Part shown: positions 43,778 to 53,805 of the stretch, piece after piece | Layout: every line of letters begins with the position of its first letter | Position numbering within the stretch: position 1 is the stretch's first letter | The notes under the pieces: model-generated | Seen by the model: only the letters and a program-made list of their open reading frames with translations | The model's database searches: none | Told to the model about the DNA's origin: nothing | Origin: Bacteroidota bacterium | GTDB taxonomy: Bacteria > Bacteroidota > Bacteroidia > JABDFU01 | Length of the DNA stretch: 64,000 nt | Reading direction: 5' to 3' | Assembly: GCA_013286385.1 (NCBI GenBank) | Contig: JABDFU010000001.1 | Span: forward strand, 39,730 to 103,729 | Position numbers and translations under genes: made by a program

Positions 43778-44868
43778 TTAATGTAATTGAAATTCTGCCC
43801 TTTTTTGATGCTCTTTAACGCTTCGTATATCAGTAAAATTACATTTTCCACATCCTTTTTTTCAACCATTTCTACCGTCGTGTGCATATATCTCAACGGA
43901 AGGGAAATCAGGGCTGAAGCCACGCCTGATGCCGAATACGCGAAGGCATCGGTATCGGTTCCGGTAGCACGGGAAACCGCCTGGCGCTGAAAAGGAATCT
44001 TTTTCTTTCCGGCAGCCTGAAGAATCAGTTTCAGGAAATTATTCTGAACGGCAGGGCCATAACACAATACCGGGCCTTTTCCGCAACTGATATCTCCGCT
44101 TGCAATCTTGCTCATCATAGGAGTCTGTGTACAGTGGCATACGTCCGTAATTATAGCCGCATCCGGCTTTATCCGGTGACTGATCATTTCAGCGCCGCGA
44201 AGACCAACCTCTTCCTGAACCGAATTGGTAATATACAAGCCGAAAGGCAATTTTACCTTGTTTTCTTTCAGCATACGGGCCACTTCGGCAATCATAAACC
44301 CGCCGATCCGGTTGTCCAGAGCCCTGCCCACAAAATAACGATCGTTCAGAATCATAAAGGGATCTTCGTAGGTAACCACGCAACCCACATGAACACCGAT
44401 TTTTTCAACCTCTTTGGCCGATTTACATCCGCAATCCAGAAAAATATTTTTAAGCGTAGGGGTCTCTTCCTTCAGTAAATCCCGCGTATGAATCGCGGGC
44501 CATCCGAATACAGCCTTGACAATTCCCTTATCCGTGTGAATGTTTACCCGCTTCGAAGGGGCAATCTGGTGGTCAGAGCCCCCGTTGCGGCGCAGGTAAA
44601 TAAAGCCGTCCCGGGTAATGTAATGTACAAACCACGAAATTTCGTCTGCATGAGCCTCAATCACCACTTTGTAGCCGGCCTCCGGATTAATCACCGCAAC
44701 AGCGGTACCGTAGGTATCCACAAAATACTCATCCGTATAAGGCTTAATATACTTCAGCCACAATTTCTGACCTTCACTCTCAAATCCGGTAGGAGACGGG
44801 TTGTTCAGGTAATTCTCCAAAAACGCCAATGAGGCTTTATTCAGAATACGCTTGCTTTCTTTTGCCAT
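43774..44868 (-). CDS. M42-family metallo-aminopeptidase (FrvX/glutamyl aminopeptidase-like)
   Basis: 'VIEAHADEISWFV', 'GRALDNRIGGFMIAEV' and 'VQEEVGLRGA'. ATGA overlap with the downstream gene start. Confidence 0.8.
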   Translation of the reverse strand: MAKESKRILNKASLAFLENYLNNPSPTGFESEGQKLWLKYIKPYTDEYFVDTYGTAVAVINPEAGYKVVIEAHADEISWFVHYITRDGFIYLRRNGGSDHQIAPSKRVNIHTDKGIVKAVFGWPAIHTRDLLKEETPTLKNIFLDCGCKSAKEVEKIGVHVGCVVTYEDPFMILNDRYFVGRALDNRIGGFMIAEVARMLKENKVKLPFGLYITNSVQEEVGLRGAEMISHRIKPDAAIITDVCHCTQTPMMSKIASGDISCGKGPVLCYGPAVQNNFLKLILQAAGKKKIPFQRQAVSRATGTDTDAFAYSASGVASALISLPLRYMHTTVEMVEKKDVENVILLIYEALKSIKKGQNFNYIK

Positions 44869-44872
44869 AAAT

Positions 44873-44880
44873 CAAAGTTA
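44873..44880 (-). promoter_or_regulatory. Candidate -7 box TAACTTTG (minus strand) immediately upstream of the M42 peptidase ATG
   Basis: The reverse complement of CAAAGTTA (44873-44880) is a perfect TAnnTTTG. Only 4 nt separate it from ATG 44868, implying a leaderless or near-leaderless mRNA if it is functional. Confidence 0.3.
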
Positions 44881-44933
44881 GTAATTATCCAACACGCAAA
44901 TTCTCTACCTTAGTACGGATCATATCTCAATTA

Positions 44934-45932
44934 ATGAGGTTTAAGCAAATATACCGGGCAGTAGGCCTCATTTTACTGGTTACTCTTCTTGGGGTCGTCG
45001 GTTACATGACCATCGAAGGCTATTCCTTTCTGGATGCCTTTTACATGACCATTATTACGGTTTCCACAGTCGGATTTCAGGAAGTTCACCCATTAAGTAC
45101 CGGCGGCCGTTTATTTACGGCCTTTCTGATTGTAACAAGTTTTGGTACTTTTGCCTATGCCATTTCCGCCATATCCAAGAATGTCGTCGATGGAGAGCTG
45201 AACCTTTACTTTAGAAACCGCAGAGTGACCAACAGCATTAAAAAACTCGAAAACCATGTAATCCTTTGCGGATACGGGCGCAATGGCAAGCAAGCCGCAC
45301 ATGTCCTTAAGAAACACGACCAGCGCTTTGTTGTAATCGAAAAGAAAAAAGAGATTATTTCGAACATGAACGAAAAATACCGTGAACTGGTATTAGAAGG
45401 TGATGCCACAAGCGACGAAATCCTGGTAAGTGCCGGCATAGAAAAAGCCCGGGCCCTTATCACTACGCTTCCCATCGACGCTGATAATTTATTCATCGTG
45501 CTTTCGGCCCGGGCGCTTAATCCAAAGCTGGTTATCATCAGCCGGGCCTCCGACGACAACACCGATAAAAAGCTGAAGATTGCAGGCGCCAGCAACGTCA
45601 TTATGCCCGACAAAATAGGAGGAGCCCACATGGCTTCCCTGGTCATGAAACCCGATGTCATCGAATTCCTCGACTACATTACCGGACAGGGAGGCGACAA
45701 CATCAGGCTCGACGAGATCACCTTCGATCATTTGCCCGATCAGTTTAAAAACAAAACCATACGGGAGCTTGAAATCCGCAATAAGTCAGGGGCCAACATC
45801 ATCGGGTTTAAAACCGAAGCGGGTGAATACATCATCAATCCCTCTCCCGACACCATTTTTAAGCACAATGCGAAGCTCTTTGTCCTGGGCACTGCCGAAC
45901 AGATTGCCAACCTCAAACAATTATTTGTATGA
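44934..45932 (+). CDS. Two-TM pore-loop cation channel with RCK (TrkA-N/TrkA-C) domains (MthK-like)
   Basis: TM1, pore helix, 'TVSTVGFQEV', TM2, then 'VILCGYGRNGKQAAHVL' (Rossmann GxGxxG). Confidence 0.75.
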   Translation: MRFKQIYRAVGLILLVTLLGVVGYMTIEGYSFLDAFYMTIITVSTVGFQEVHPLSTGGRLFTAFLIVTSFGTFAYAISAISKNVVDGELNLYFRNRRVTNSIKKLENHVILCGYGRNGKQAAHVLKKHDQRFVVIEKKKEIISNMNEKYRELVLEGDATSDEILVSAGIEKARALITTLPIDADNLFIVLSARALNPKLVIISRASDDNTDKKLKIAGASNVIMPDKIGGAHMASLVMKPDVIEFLDYITGQGGDNIRLDEITFDHLPDQFKNKTIRELEIRNKSGANIIGFKTEAGEYIINPSPDTIFKHNAKLFVLGTAEQIANLKQLFV

Positions 45933-46900
45933 AGATTCTGGTTACGGGCAGCAACGGCTTGTTGGGTCAAAAAATAATTTACGCGCTGCTGAAACTCAAT
46001 GCCGGTCAAAAACCGATCGGTAATTGCGATTGGCCAAAGGTCAAAGGTATTGGCATCATTGCCAGTTCAAAAGGCGAAAACCGTCTGATTCAAAAGGCCG
46101 GATACCACTATGAACCGCTCGACATCTGTGACAAAAACCAGGTACAGGAGGTACTCGCCAGGCACCGTCCCGACGTAGTCATCAACACTGCGGCCATGAC
46201 CAATGTGGACGCCTGCGAAACCCAGCGAACAGAAGCCTGGGATGCAAATGTTACGGCGGTTCAGAATATCGTAGAGAGTTTAACAGTTAAAAAGTCAGAA
46301 AGTTTAGCGACTGATTTCTATGATCCTTTGCTGATTCACATCTCCACCGATTTCATTTTCGATGGCGAGCATGGCCCTTACAAAGAAGAAGACCAGGCCA
46401 ACCCGCTGAGTTATTATGCCCTCACCAAATGGGAAGGGGAGAAGGTGGTGCAATCTTCTCAACTACGCTGGACCATCCTGCGCACGATCATCGTTTACGG
46501 TATAGTCGACAACATGAGCCGTTCAAACGTGGTGCTCTGGGCAAAAGACGCACTCGCAAAAGGTCAGAAAATAAATGTAGTGGACGATCAGTTTCGTTCC
46601 CCGACTCTGTCCGAAGACCTCGCACAGGGCTGCATACTGGCAGCCCTGAAAGGTAAACAAGGCATTTATAACGTTTCCGGAAAAGATATCCTGAGCATAC
46701 TCGAACTGGTAAGCCGGGTTGCTGATTTTTGGAAACTCGACAAATCAACTATCAATCCTGTAAAATCAGATACCCTCCATCAGGCCGCCAAACGGCCGCC
46801 CCGGACCGGATTCATCATCGACAAAGCCATAAAAGAACTGGGCTATGTACCTCATTCCTTCGAAGAAGGCCTGGCAATCCTTGATGCTCAGCTCCCATGA
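45929..46900 (+). CDS. RmlD-like SDR (dTDP-4-dehydrorhamnose reductase family)
   Basis: 'MKILVTGSNGLLGQ', 'HISTDFIFDG' and 'YALTKWEGE' (YxxxK). ATGA overlap with the channel gene. Contains an ~35-aa insert after the Gly-rich loop. Confidence 0.7.
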   Translation: MKILVTGSNGLLGQKIIYALLKLNAGQKPIGNCDWPKVKGIGIIASSKGENRLIQKAGYHYEPLDICDKNQVQEVLARHRPDVVINTAAMTNVDACETQRTEAWDANVTAVQNIVESLTVKKSESLATDFYDPLLIHISTDFIFDGEHGPYKEEDQANPLSYYALTKWEGEKVVQSSQLRWTILRTIIVYGIVDNMSRSNVVLWAKDALAKGQKINVVDDQFRSPTLSEDLAQGCILAALKGKQGIYNVSGKDILSILELVSRVADFWKLDKSTINPVKSDTLHQAAKRPPRTGFIIDKAIKELGYVPHSFEEGLAILDAQLP

Positions 46901-46904
46901 CCCC

Positions 46905-47486
46905 ATGTTAGGTCTTAAACTTTCAACCGATCCCCGCTGGGTCTCCATTGCTCAGTCCAACCTCGAAGAGGTACTCACCGACCACGCCTGGTGCGAGCAA
47001 AAAGCCACCTCCAATGCCATTTCCATTATCGTCAGTTATCCCGAACACAGTGATATGGTTGACGAACTGCTGAAGATCGCAAAAGAAGAACTTGCCCACT
47101 TCGAAATGGTTCACGAGAAAATAAAGGCGAGAGGCTACACATTGGGTCCCGAACGCAAAGACAGCTACGTTAACGAACTGTATAAATTCATGCGCAAAGG
47201 CCACCGCCGTGAAATTGTCCTCCTGGATCGCCTGCTTTTCTCAGCCATGATAGAAGCACGCAGCTGCGAACGATTCAAAGTCCTCACCGAAAATATCAAA
47301 GACGAAGAACTCGCCCGGTTTTACCGCGAGCTGATGATCAGCGAAGCCGGTCATTATACTACTTTTATCGGCCTTGCCAAAAAATACCTCGATCCCGAGG
47401 AAGTTGACAAACGCTGGCAGCAATGGCTTGAGCACGAATCGAAGGTTATCGCCAACTACGGCAAATCAGAGACGATACACGGGTAA
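46905..47486 (+). CDS. miaE: tRNA-(ms2io6A37)-hydroxylase
   Basis: 'LTDHAWCEQKATSNAISIIVSYPEHSDMVDELLKIAKEELAHFEMVHEKIKARGY' fits the di-iron MiaE family. I prefer ATG 46905 (or 46884) to the track start at 46845. Confidence 0.8.
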   Translation: MLGLKLSTDPRWVSIAQSNLEEVLTDHAWCEQKATSNAISIIVSYPEHSDMVDELLKIAKEELAHFEMVHEKIKARGYTLGPERKDSYVNELYKFMRKGHRREIVLLDRLLFSAMIEARSCERFKVLTENIKDEELARFYRELMISEAGHYTTFIGLAKKYLDPEEVDKRWQQWLEHESKVIANYGKSETIHG

Positions 47487-47524
47487 GAATCAGGTAATTT
47501 CTGGTTTTTCATTAACTTAGCCTT

Positions 47525-50500
47525 GTGTGCAGATGTTTAATTTTTTTCTCCTTTTTAATTTCAGTACTGACGGTTGACCGGACGGTTGCCCAACAGTCGC
47601 TTTGGGTAAAAAATCCCTTTGAACATCACTTATTTATTGAAAATAAGGGTCAATTCCGGAAAACAGGAAACACAGACGCCTGCGATATAAAGTTTGCCTG
47701 GATCAGTGACGGAATGTCGGTTTATTTTACCCCATCCGGACTGTGTTATTATCATACTGAAATAAAACCTGAAAGCGCCGAAGAAAGGGAAAGGGAAGAA
47801 CGCGGAGGACCGAAAAAAGAAAAGGGCCTTAAGGGGATACCTCAGTTTGTGAACATGGACTGGGCTGATGCTGATCCCAACGTTAAAATCAGTGCAGAAA
47901 ACGCAGGGGATTATTATTTCAATTATGCCGACCTGAAAGACAAATCGGGCAAGTCCTCTATCAAAGCTTCAGGGTTTAAAAAAATTACCTACAAAAATAT
48001 TTATCCCGACATCGATATTGTTTACACTTTTCCTTCAGGGAAACAGGGGATAAAATACAGCATTGTGCTTCATCCGGGGGCCAATCCCTCTCTTGTAAAA
48101 ATGAAATACTCCGGTAAAATGACTGCCGGTATTGATCCTGAAGGCGACTTGTTAATCAAGTCGCCATTCGGCGACATCGTCGACCATGCGCCTCAGACTT
48201 TTTTTGAAAACGGAGAAACAATTCCCTCGGTATTTCAGCTTCAGGGGAATACCGTTTCTTTCAACTTTAAAACGTTGAATGCCGGGCCAGGAACTGTCAT
48301 ACCTTCCACTGTTGTAATTGACCCCTGGACCACTGTCCCGACGTTCACCGGAACCAACTCTGCATACGATGTTGCGTATGATTTTCAGGGTAACGTATAC
48401 GTTTGCGGGGGAACTTTTCCCTGGCAGGAAATTAAATTAAACAGTGCCGGAGTAATCCAGTGGGTATACTCAGCCAATCCTTTCAATGCGACCTGGATGA
48501 ATTTCTACGGAAGTTTTGCCGTAGATGCGCAAAGCGAGAGCAGTTACCTGGTAGAAGGCATTAACACCGGAATAGGCGCTCAGGTTATCAAGGTCAATGG
48601 GGCAGGGACGCAACTGATTGTTTTTCCCGGAAATCCGCAACTCGAGGAAATGTGGAGAATAGTTTACAATAACTGCAACAAAGAAGCAGTCATTGCCGGA
48701 GGCGGAACCACCCAGGAGAATCAGGCCTGTGTGCTCGACACCAACCTGGTTGCGATTACTGCGGTAAATGTGCTTTCAACAACTGAAATTGCCCATGACA
48801 TTTGTTTGCTGGCCCTTGACAATTCAAACAATTGCTACATGGCCACAACCAACTACGGTTCCGCTACCTGGACCAACCAGTTGCTGAAAGTTCCGGCCCA
48901 TACGCTTTCCCCGATGGCGTTTATGGTTTCTGACGGATACGATTTCCAGGAAGGAGGATCCTACGTTTCCTATTTCTCCGGAGGTTCAGCCCGGTCAAAC
49001 GGGTTCAACGGCATGGCTGTCAGCGACAATTACCTTTACACGTACGACGGGGCGATCCTGAAAAAATGGGATAAAAATCTGGGAACCTTGTTGCTGAGCC
49101 AAACCCTGAGTACTACTACCTGCGCCTGGGGAGGACTGGCTGTTGACGATTGCAACAATCTCTATGTAGGCTATCAGTCCTCCGTTCAACAATATGATTC
49201 CATGCTTGTTCTCAAGGCCACCTACCCTGTTGCCAATACCGTGTACGGGCTTTGTCTTGGAGTAAACAGCACCCTGGACGTTTGCGGAAACGGGTTTGTT
49301 CAGTCCCTGAAGATTTCTTCCAACTGTTCCAGGGGAATGAGCCTGGTCACCAATTCCGCGGGTTCTTGTTCGGCAGGATCTGCAACTGTTACTCCTGCCG
49401 GGGGAACGGCTCCTTATACCTATTTTTGGAGTACCGGACAGACGACTCAGACCGTAACCGGTCTGAGTCCGGGCAACTATTTTGTAACGGTTACCGATGC
49501 TTCCTGCATCCGCAAGGTACAGGTTGATTCGGTTCAGGTTACAGCAGGCGGACTTACCCTTCATCTTCAGACTTCAACGGCGACCTGCACCAGCGTTAAC
49601 GGTACGGTGAAAGTGACTGTTACAGGAACAAGCCCCAGCTATACCTACAACTGGAGCACCGGCGCATCTTCAGTGACCGCCGCCCTGGCTGATTCCATAC
49701 AGGGATTTACAGGAACGGGTTATACGGTAACGGTTACTGACAATACGGGGTGTTCGGGAACAACATCCGTGGTGCTGGCCAGTAAAGCGGCAGCAACGCT
49801 TGCCAGCTCGGGTACCAATGTAAGCTGTAACGGAGCCCTGACCGGGTCGGTTTATACAACCCCCAGCGGAGGAACTCCGGGGTATACCTACAACTGGAGT
49901 AACGGAGCAACCGCTCAGACCGTTACCGGATTGGGCCAGGGAACTTACACGGTTACGGTAACGGATAAAAGCAATTGCAGCAGTAGTTCCACCGTAAGCA
50001 TCACGCAACCTCCGGCCCTTATAGTTCAGCCTTTTTCCAGCCCCGAAGCATGTGGAACCAAAAATGGTATTGCGGCGGTGGTCGTTTCAGGCGGAAGTCC
50101 CGGGTATACGTACTTGTGGACAAACGGAGCAAGCGGAGAAACGGCGGCTAATCTGGCCGCCGGAAATTATACGGTAACGGTAACGGATGCCAACAAATGC
50201 AAAGACAGCATTCCCATTAAAGTCCCGGGAACAGGCAGTATTACGGCTGTTGCCGGACGGGACACCTTTGTTTGCACCGGCAAGTCTGTGCAATTAAATG
50301 CTTCGGGAGGAATCAATTACTCCTGGAGTCCTGCAACAACCCTCAGCAATGCCGCTGTTGAAAATCCTTTTGCTTCTCCGCTTTCCACAACAAAATATTA
50401 CGTAACGGTTACCGCCGGAGGCTGTATAAGCAAAGACAGTTTACTTGTTACAGTTAATCCCTTACCTCTGGTAAGCGCCGGAAGCTCCGCCACAGTTTTG

Positions 50501-50989
50501 TCCGGAACAGGTATCAGCCTGGATGCTTCGGGAGGCGTTTCGTATTTATGGCGACCTCCGGTCTGGCTTTCTGACTCAACAACCTGCAATCCCCTGTTTG
50601 ACGCTTCCGCTCCGGGAGTTTATACCTACACGGTCATTGTCACCGACGCAAACGGCTGCAGTTCTGAGAATACAGTTTCGATTCGTGTAAAAGAACTGAA
50701 TTGCGAATCCGACAGCATGCTCTTTGTACCTACGGCATTTTCTCCCAATGGGGACGGAGTCAACGATGTACTGTACATTCGTGTTACGCCCTGCATCCGA
50801 AGTCTGCTCTTCAACGTATTCGACCGCTGGGGACAGGAGGTATTTCAAACCATCTCTGCCGGTATCGGCTGGGACGGAAAATTCAACGGCAAGGCTTGCA
50901 ATCAGGATGTGTTCGTTTATTATGTATCGGCCATACTCGTGGACGGAACCTCAATTACCCGAAAAGGGAACATTACCTTAATGCGATGA
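47525..50989 (+). CDS. Large secreted adhesin-like protein: N-terminal beta-propeller-like region, four SprB-type repeats, two Ig-like modules, T9SS type-B (gliding-motility) C-terminal domain
   Basis: GTG start. Repeats such as 'VSCNGALTGSVYTTPSGGTPGYTYNWSNGATAQTVTGLGQGTYTVTVTDKSNC'. Tail 'FVPTAFSPNGDGVNDVLYI...FNVFDRWGQEVFQ...GWDGKFNGKACNQDVFVYYV'. Confidence 0.8.
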   Translation: MCRCLIFFSFLISVLTVDRTVAQQSLWVKNPFEHHLFIENKGQFRKTGNTDACDIKFAWISDGMSVYFTPSGLCYYHTEIKPESAEEREREERGGPKKEKGLKGIPQFVNMDWADADPNVKISAENAGDYYFNYADLKDKSGKSSIKASGFKKITYKNIYPDIDIVYTFPSGKQGIKYSIVLHPGANPSLVKMKYSGKMTAGIDPEGDLLIKSPFGDIVDHAPQTFFENGETIPSVFQLQGNTVSFNFKTLNAGPGTVIPSTVVIDPWTTVPTFTGTNSAYDVAYDFQGNVYVCGGTFPWQEIKLNSAGVIQWVYSANPFNATWMNFYGSFAVDAQSESSYLVEGINTGIGAQVIKVNGAGTQLIVFPGNPQLEEMWRIVYNNCNKEAVIAGGGTTQENQACVLDTNLVAITAVNVLSTTEIAHDICLLALDNSNNCYMATTNYGSATWTNQLLKVPAHTLSPMAFMVSDGYDFQEGGSYVSYFSGGSARSNGFNGMAVSDNYLYTYDGAILKKWDKNLGTLLLSQTLSTTTCAWGGLAVDDCNNLYVGYQSSVQQYDSMLVLKATYPVANTVYGLCLGVNSTLDVCGNGFVQSLKISSNCSRGMSLVTNSAGSCSAGSATVTPAGGTAPYTYFWSTGQTTQTVTGLSPGNYFVTVTDASCIRKVQVDSVQVTAGGLTLHLQTSTATCTSVNGTVKVTVTGTSPSYTYNWSTGASSVTAALADSIQGFTGTGYTVTVTDNTGCSGTTSVVLASKAAATLASSGTNVSCNGALTGSVYTTPSGGTPGYTYNWSNGATAQTVTGLGQGTYTVTVTDKSNCSSSSTVSITQPPALIVQPFSSPEACGTKNGIAAVVVSGGSPGYTYLWTNGASGETAANLAAGNYTVTVTDANKCKDSIPIKVPGTGSITAVAGRDTFVCTGKSVQLNASGGINYSWSPATTLSNAAVENPFASPLSTTKYYVTVTAGGCISKDSLLVTVNPLPLVSAGSSATVLSGTGISLDASGGVSYLWRPPVWLSDSTTCNPLFDASAPGVYTYTVIVTDANGCSSENTVSIRVKELNCESDSMLFVPTAFSPNGDGVNDVLYIRVTPCIRSLLFNVFDRWGQEVFQTISAGIGWDGKFNGKACNQDVFVYYVSAILVDGTSITRKGNITLMR

Positions 50990-50997
50990 TTAAGTCT

Positions 50998-53805
50998 TTA
51001 GTTAATCACAATCATTTTTTTTGTCGCTGTAAATCCCTCACCGGCCAGTGAATAGTAATACATCCCGTTTTGCAAATCAGCCGTACTAACACTATAATAA
51101 TACGCTCCTGCCTCCAAAACAGTCTGCGACCCCTGAAGGTTTCCCCGAACCAAACGCCCGCCGGCATCGTACAATCTCAATTCAATAGAAGATCGTTTCG
51201 GCAGAACAAAAGTGATCGTTGTTTGAGATCCTGCAGGGTTGGGATAGTTTGAAAGCTGATAAAGTTCAGCTGCCGGGAGATTTTTTATTCCTGATATCGA
51301 TTGCGTACTTGTTACCGTCCCCGAATAAATCCCGTGACCGTGCGTTGCCACAATGACCATCCCGTCGGATGACCGGGTGTCAATCATGTCGCAAACGACA
51401 TTTCCGATTGTTTCCCCGCCTTGCTGGGCCCAGACCGTGTTAAGGCCCATCAGGGTATCCGTTGCATACAGGCCGGTGCTGGTGGCCACCAGAAAAACGG
51501 TGCCATTGCTCACGTGCAAAATACTGGCCCAGCGGCAGGAGGGCCCGTCGCCTGCACCGGAACTGTATTGTTCGAGGTTCCCGGCCACCTTGGCCCAGGA
51601 AGTTCCGGCATTTGTAGAATAAAAGAGGCTGTACACCTGGTAATTCGAAAATACGGCCATCACATTGTTTCCGTTCAGCGGGTCGACGGCTATGCAGCTG
51701 ACATAGCCGTCCTCCGGAAAAGCATTCGGATTCAGGGTTCCGGTAATATTGGTCATTATCGGGTTGGCACTGCCGGCGCTGTCAATGCGGTAAATCGCAG
51801 TCGTATCCGTACCGATGTAAACTCTGTTGGCCGGTGTTGTGGAAACCGCAACAGCCGTAATATAGGCTTTGGGAATGGGCAAGGTGTCGGCAAGTCTTGT
51901 CCATCCGGTTGTTATGGAATCCCAGTTCCCGATCATGGGAATATCATTCAAACTGTCGTTTCTCCAGAGTTTGTTGCCTGCACTCATATACATCCGGTTG
52001 TTGTTATTGGGATCCAGAACGTAAGGGTTAACAAACAAATAATCTTTTGCCCCAATAGGATCGATCCGGGCAAAAGTCAGCACGTTGCCGGCCGTATCCA
52101 GACTGGCCTTCATCATTTTCCCGTTTTCGATTGAAAAATAATAGGCCGAACGGTTGTTTGCAATTGCGCAGCAGGCCCCGTCACCTCCCCGTGGAGTGAC
52201 CCAGGGTCTCAGGTTATTTGCATTGTTGGTAAACCAGCTTCCGTTATCCTGTGCTCCGCCGATCACATACGCACTTCCCGAAACGGCATGATCCAGGGCA
52301 CAGGTGTAAAACATTGTGGTCACATAACCTGTATTCAAACGGGTCCAGGCCACCGAAGTATCCATGTAATTCAGGGTTTTAAAAACGCCACCGTCATTGC
52401 CGTTCAGCATGGCGCTGGTATCTGAGTTAAAAAACGCAAACACATGCTGATCGGGATGATGATTGGGATATTCGGCAACAAGCGGATAGGCCGAGTTGAC
52501 GCCATATCCACCCATGAAGGTAATTTTGGTTGAAGTGGCAAACCCATCCGTAGAGCGGAATATATTCGTACCGCCTATGAATACCGTATTGGCATCGTTC
52601 GGTTTTACTTTAACTTCCATGTCGTATCCCGCCTGGGAATCATATACATTGAACGGACGCTGTGTTACCGGAAGGTTTGCTGTCCGGTTTTGCCAGACAC
52701 CTCCTGAGCCTGATCCGGTACCTGATACATAGGTATATTTCCAGAAACTGTTCCAGTCGTCCGTTTTAAAAATCTTTATCGTGTCGGCAGCTCCTGAATT
52801 CGGAGTGTTTGCCAGGAAATAAACCTGGGTCTCATCCGATGGGGCGAAGGCCATTACAATTCTGCTGTAGGAAGCCGGAAAGCCCGCAGGCGTTATATTC
52901 GTAAACGTAACCCCGTCGGGTGAACGCCAGATTCCCTTATCCGGTCCGCAGGAATCCAGTGTGCAATACACCACTCCAGAAGGGGTCACCATAACATCGG
53001 TGGCATAGGATAAGATGCTTCCTCCTCCGAGAACAGTAGTCCAGGAAGTTCCTCCGTTGGTGCTCTTATAGATGTAGCCAATAGTAGCCGCGTATACAAT
53101 GTCATTCGCCGTATCCGCGGGATTTGTCGCCACATTCCAGACGATATCAAAATAGCTGTCCAGTGCCTGAGGCTTGCCCGAGTTCGTTGCAGACAATGGA
53201 TTCCAGCTGACCCCGTCATCCGTTGATTTAAATAACCCATTGCCTAAAAAATAGGCAGCTCCTCCGGATGCCGAACAGCCGAATCCCTCTCCCGATCCGA
53301 AATACCAGGTATTTGTTTTTCCCTGGCGCAGGTCCTGTGCGATACAGGAAACGTTTTGAAGGTTGCTTGCGTCCAGGGAAGGTGTCCAGGTAAGGCCTCC
53401 GTTGGTTGAACGCCAGACTCCGCCCGATGGAGTCCCTGCAAGAATGATGTTCTCATTGCTGATATCTATTTCCAAAGCCCTTGTACGCCCGCCGACATTA
53501 ACAGGGCCCCTGTTGGTCCAATCCGTTACGGAACGAATTTTAAATGCAGACGAATTCAATCCTCCGTAACCCGACCCTCCGTAGCCCGGCAGGTTTTGAG
53601 CAAAAGCAAGCTCCCGGTAGCGCACGCTTTTAGGAACCAATCCCGTCTGCGGATCCCTGAGCCGCTTCCACTCGAAAAAATCCCGGTCTGCTGTTTCGTC
53701 TCCGCCCGCAGCGCTTATGTGCGCTCTGCCCCGCGGCGCATAAACCGAAACAAACCCCAGCAGAGTCAGACAAACAAAAGTCAGATATTTAGTCCAGTTT
53801 TTCAT
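50998..53805 (-). CDS. Secreted Asp-box (BNR)/sortilin-like multi-propeller protein with T9SS type-A C-terminal domain
   Basis: Signal 'LTFVCLTLLGFVSVYA'. Asp-boxes 'STNGGLTW', 'STDDGVSW', 'STNGGTSW' and 'STNAGTSW'. Tail 'LSNYPNPAGSQTTITFVL...NGMYYYSLAGEGFTATKKMIVIN'. Confidence 0.75.
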   Translation of the reverse strand: MKNWTKYLTFVCLTLLGFVSVYAPRGRAHISAAGGDETADRDFFEWKRLRDPQTGLVPKSVRYRELAFAQNLPGYGGSGYGGLNSSAFKIRSVTDWTNRGPVNVGGRTRALEIDISNENIILAGTPSGGVWRSTNGGLTWTPSLDASNLQNVSCIAQDLRQGKTNTWYFGSGEGFGCSASGGAAYFLGNGLFKSTDDGVSWNPLSATNSGKPQALDSYFDIVWNVATNPADTANDIVYAATIGYIYKSTNGGTSWTTVLGGGSILSYATDVMVTPSGVVYCTLDSCGPDKGIWRSPDGVTFTNITPAGFPASYSRIVMAFAPSDETQVYFLANTPNSGAADTIKIFKTDDWNSFWKYTYVSGTGSGSGGVWQNRTANLPVTQRPFNVYDSQAGYDMEVKVKPNDANTVFIGGTNIFRSTDGFATSTKITFMGGYGVNSAYPLVAEYPNHHPDQHVFAFFNSDTSAMLNGNDGGVFKTLNYMDTSVAWTRLNTGYVTTMFYTCALDHAVSGSAYVIGGAQDNGSWFTNNANNLRPWVTPRGGDGACCAIANNRSAYYFSIENGKMMKASLDTAGNVLTFARIDPIGAKDYLFVNPYVLDPNNNNRMYMSAGNKLWRNDSLNDIPMIGNWDSITTGWTRLADTLPIPKAYITAVAVSTTPANRVYIGTDTTAIYRIDSAGSANPIMTNITGTLNPNAFPEDGYVSCIAVDPLNGNNVMAVFSNYQVYSLFYSTNAGTSWAKVAGNLEQYSSGAGDGPSCRWASILHVSNGTVFLVATSTGLYATDTLMGLNTVWAQQGGETIGNVVCDMIDTRSSDGMVIVATHGHGIYSGTVTSTQSISGIKNLPAAELYQLSNYPNPAGSQTTITFVLPKRSSIELRLYDAGGRLVRGNLQGSQTVLEAGAYYYSVSTADLQNGMYYYSLAGEGFTATKKMIVIN

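Noticed and set aside
49300-50300. Periodic DNA repeats in 47525..50989 and 61700..63100 that might be taken for a CRISPR or satellite array
   Set aside because: The periodicity is ~150-170 nt and in-frame, and it encodes SprB-type protein repeats (C..NG....GG...Y.Y.W......T...L..G.Y.V.V.D...C). Copies are diverged at the DNA level and have no spacer/repeat structure.
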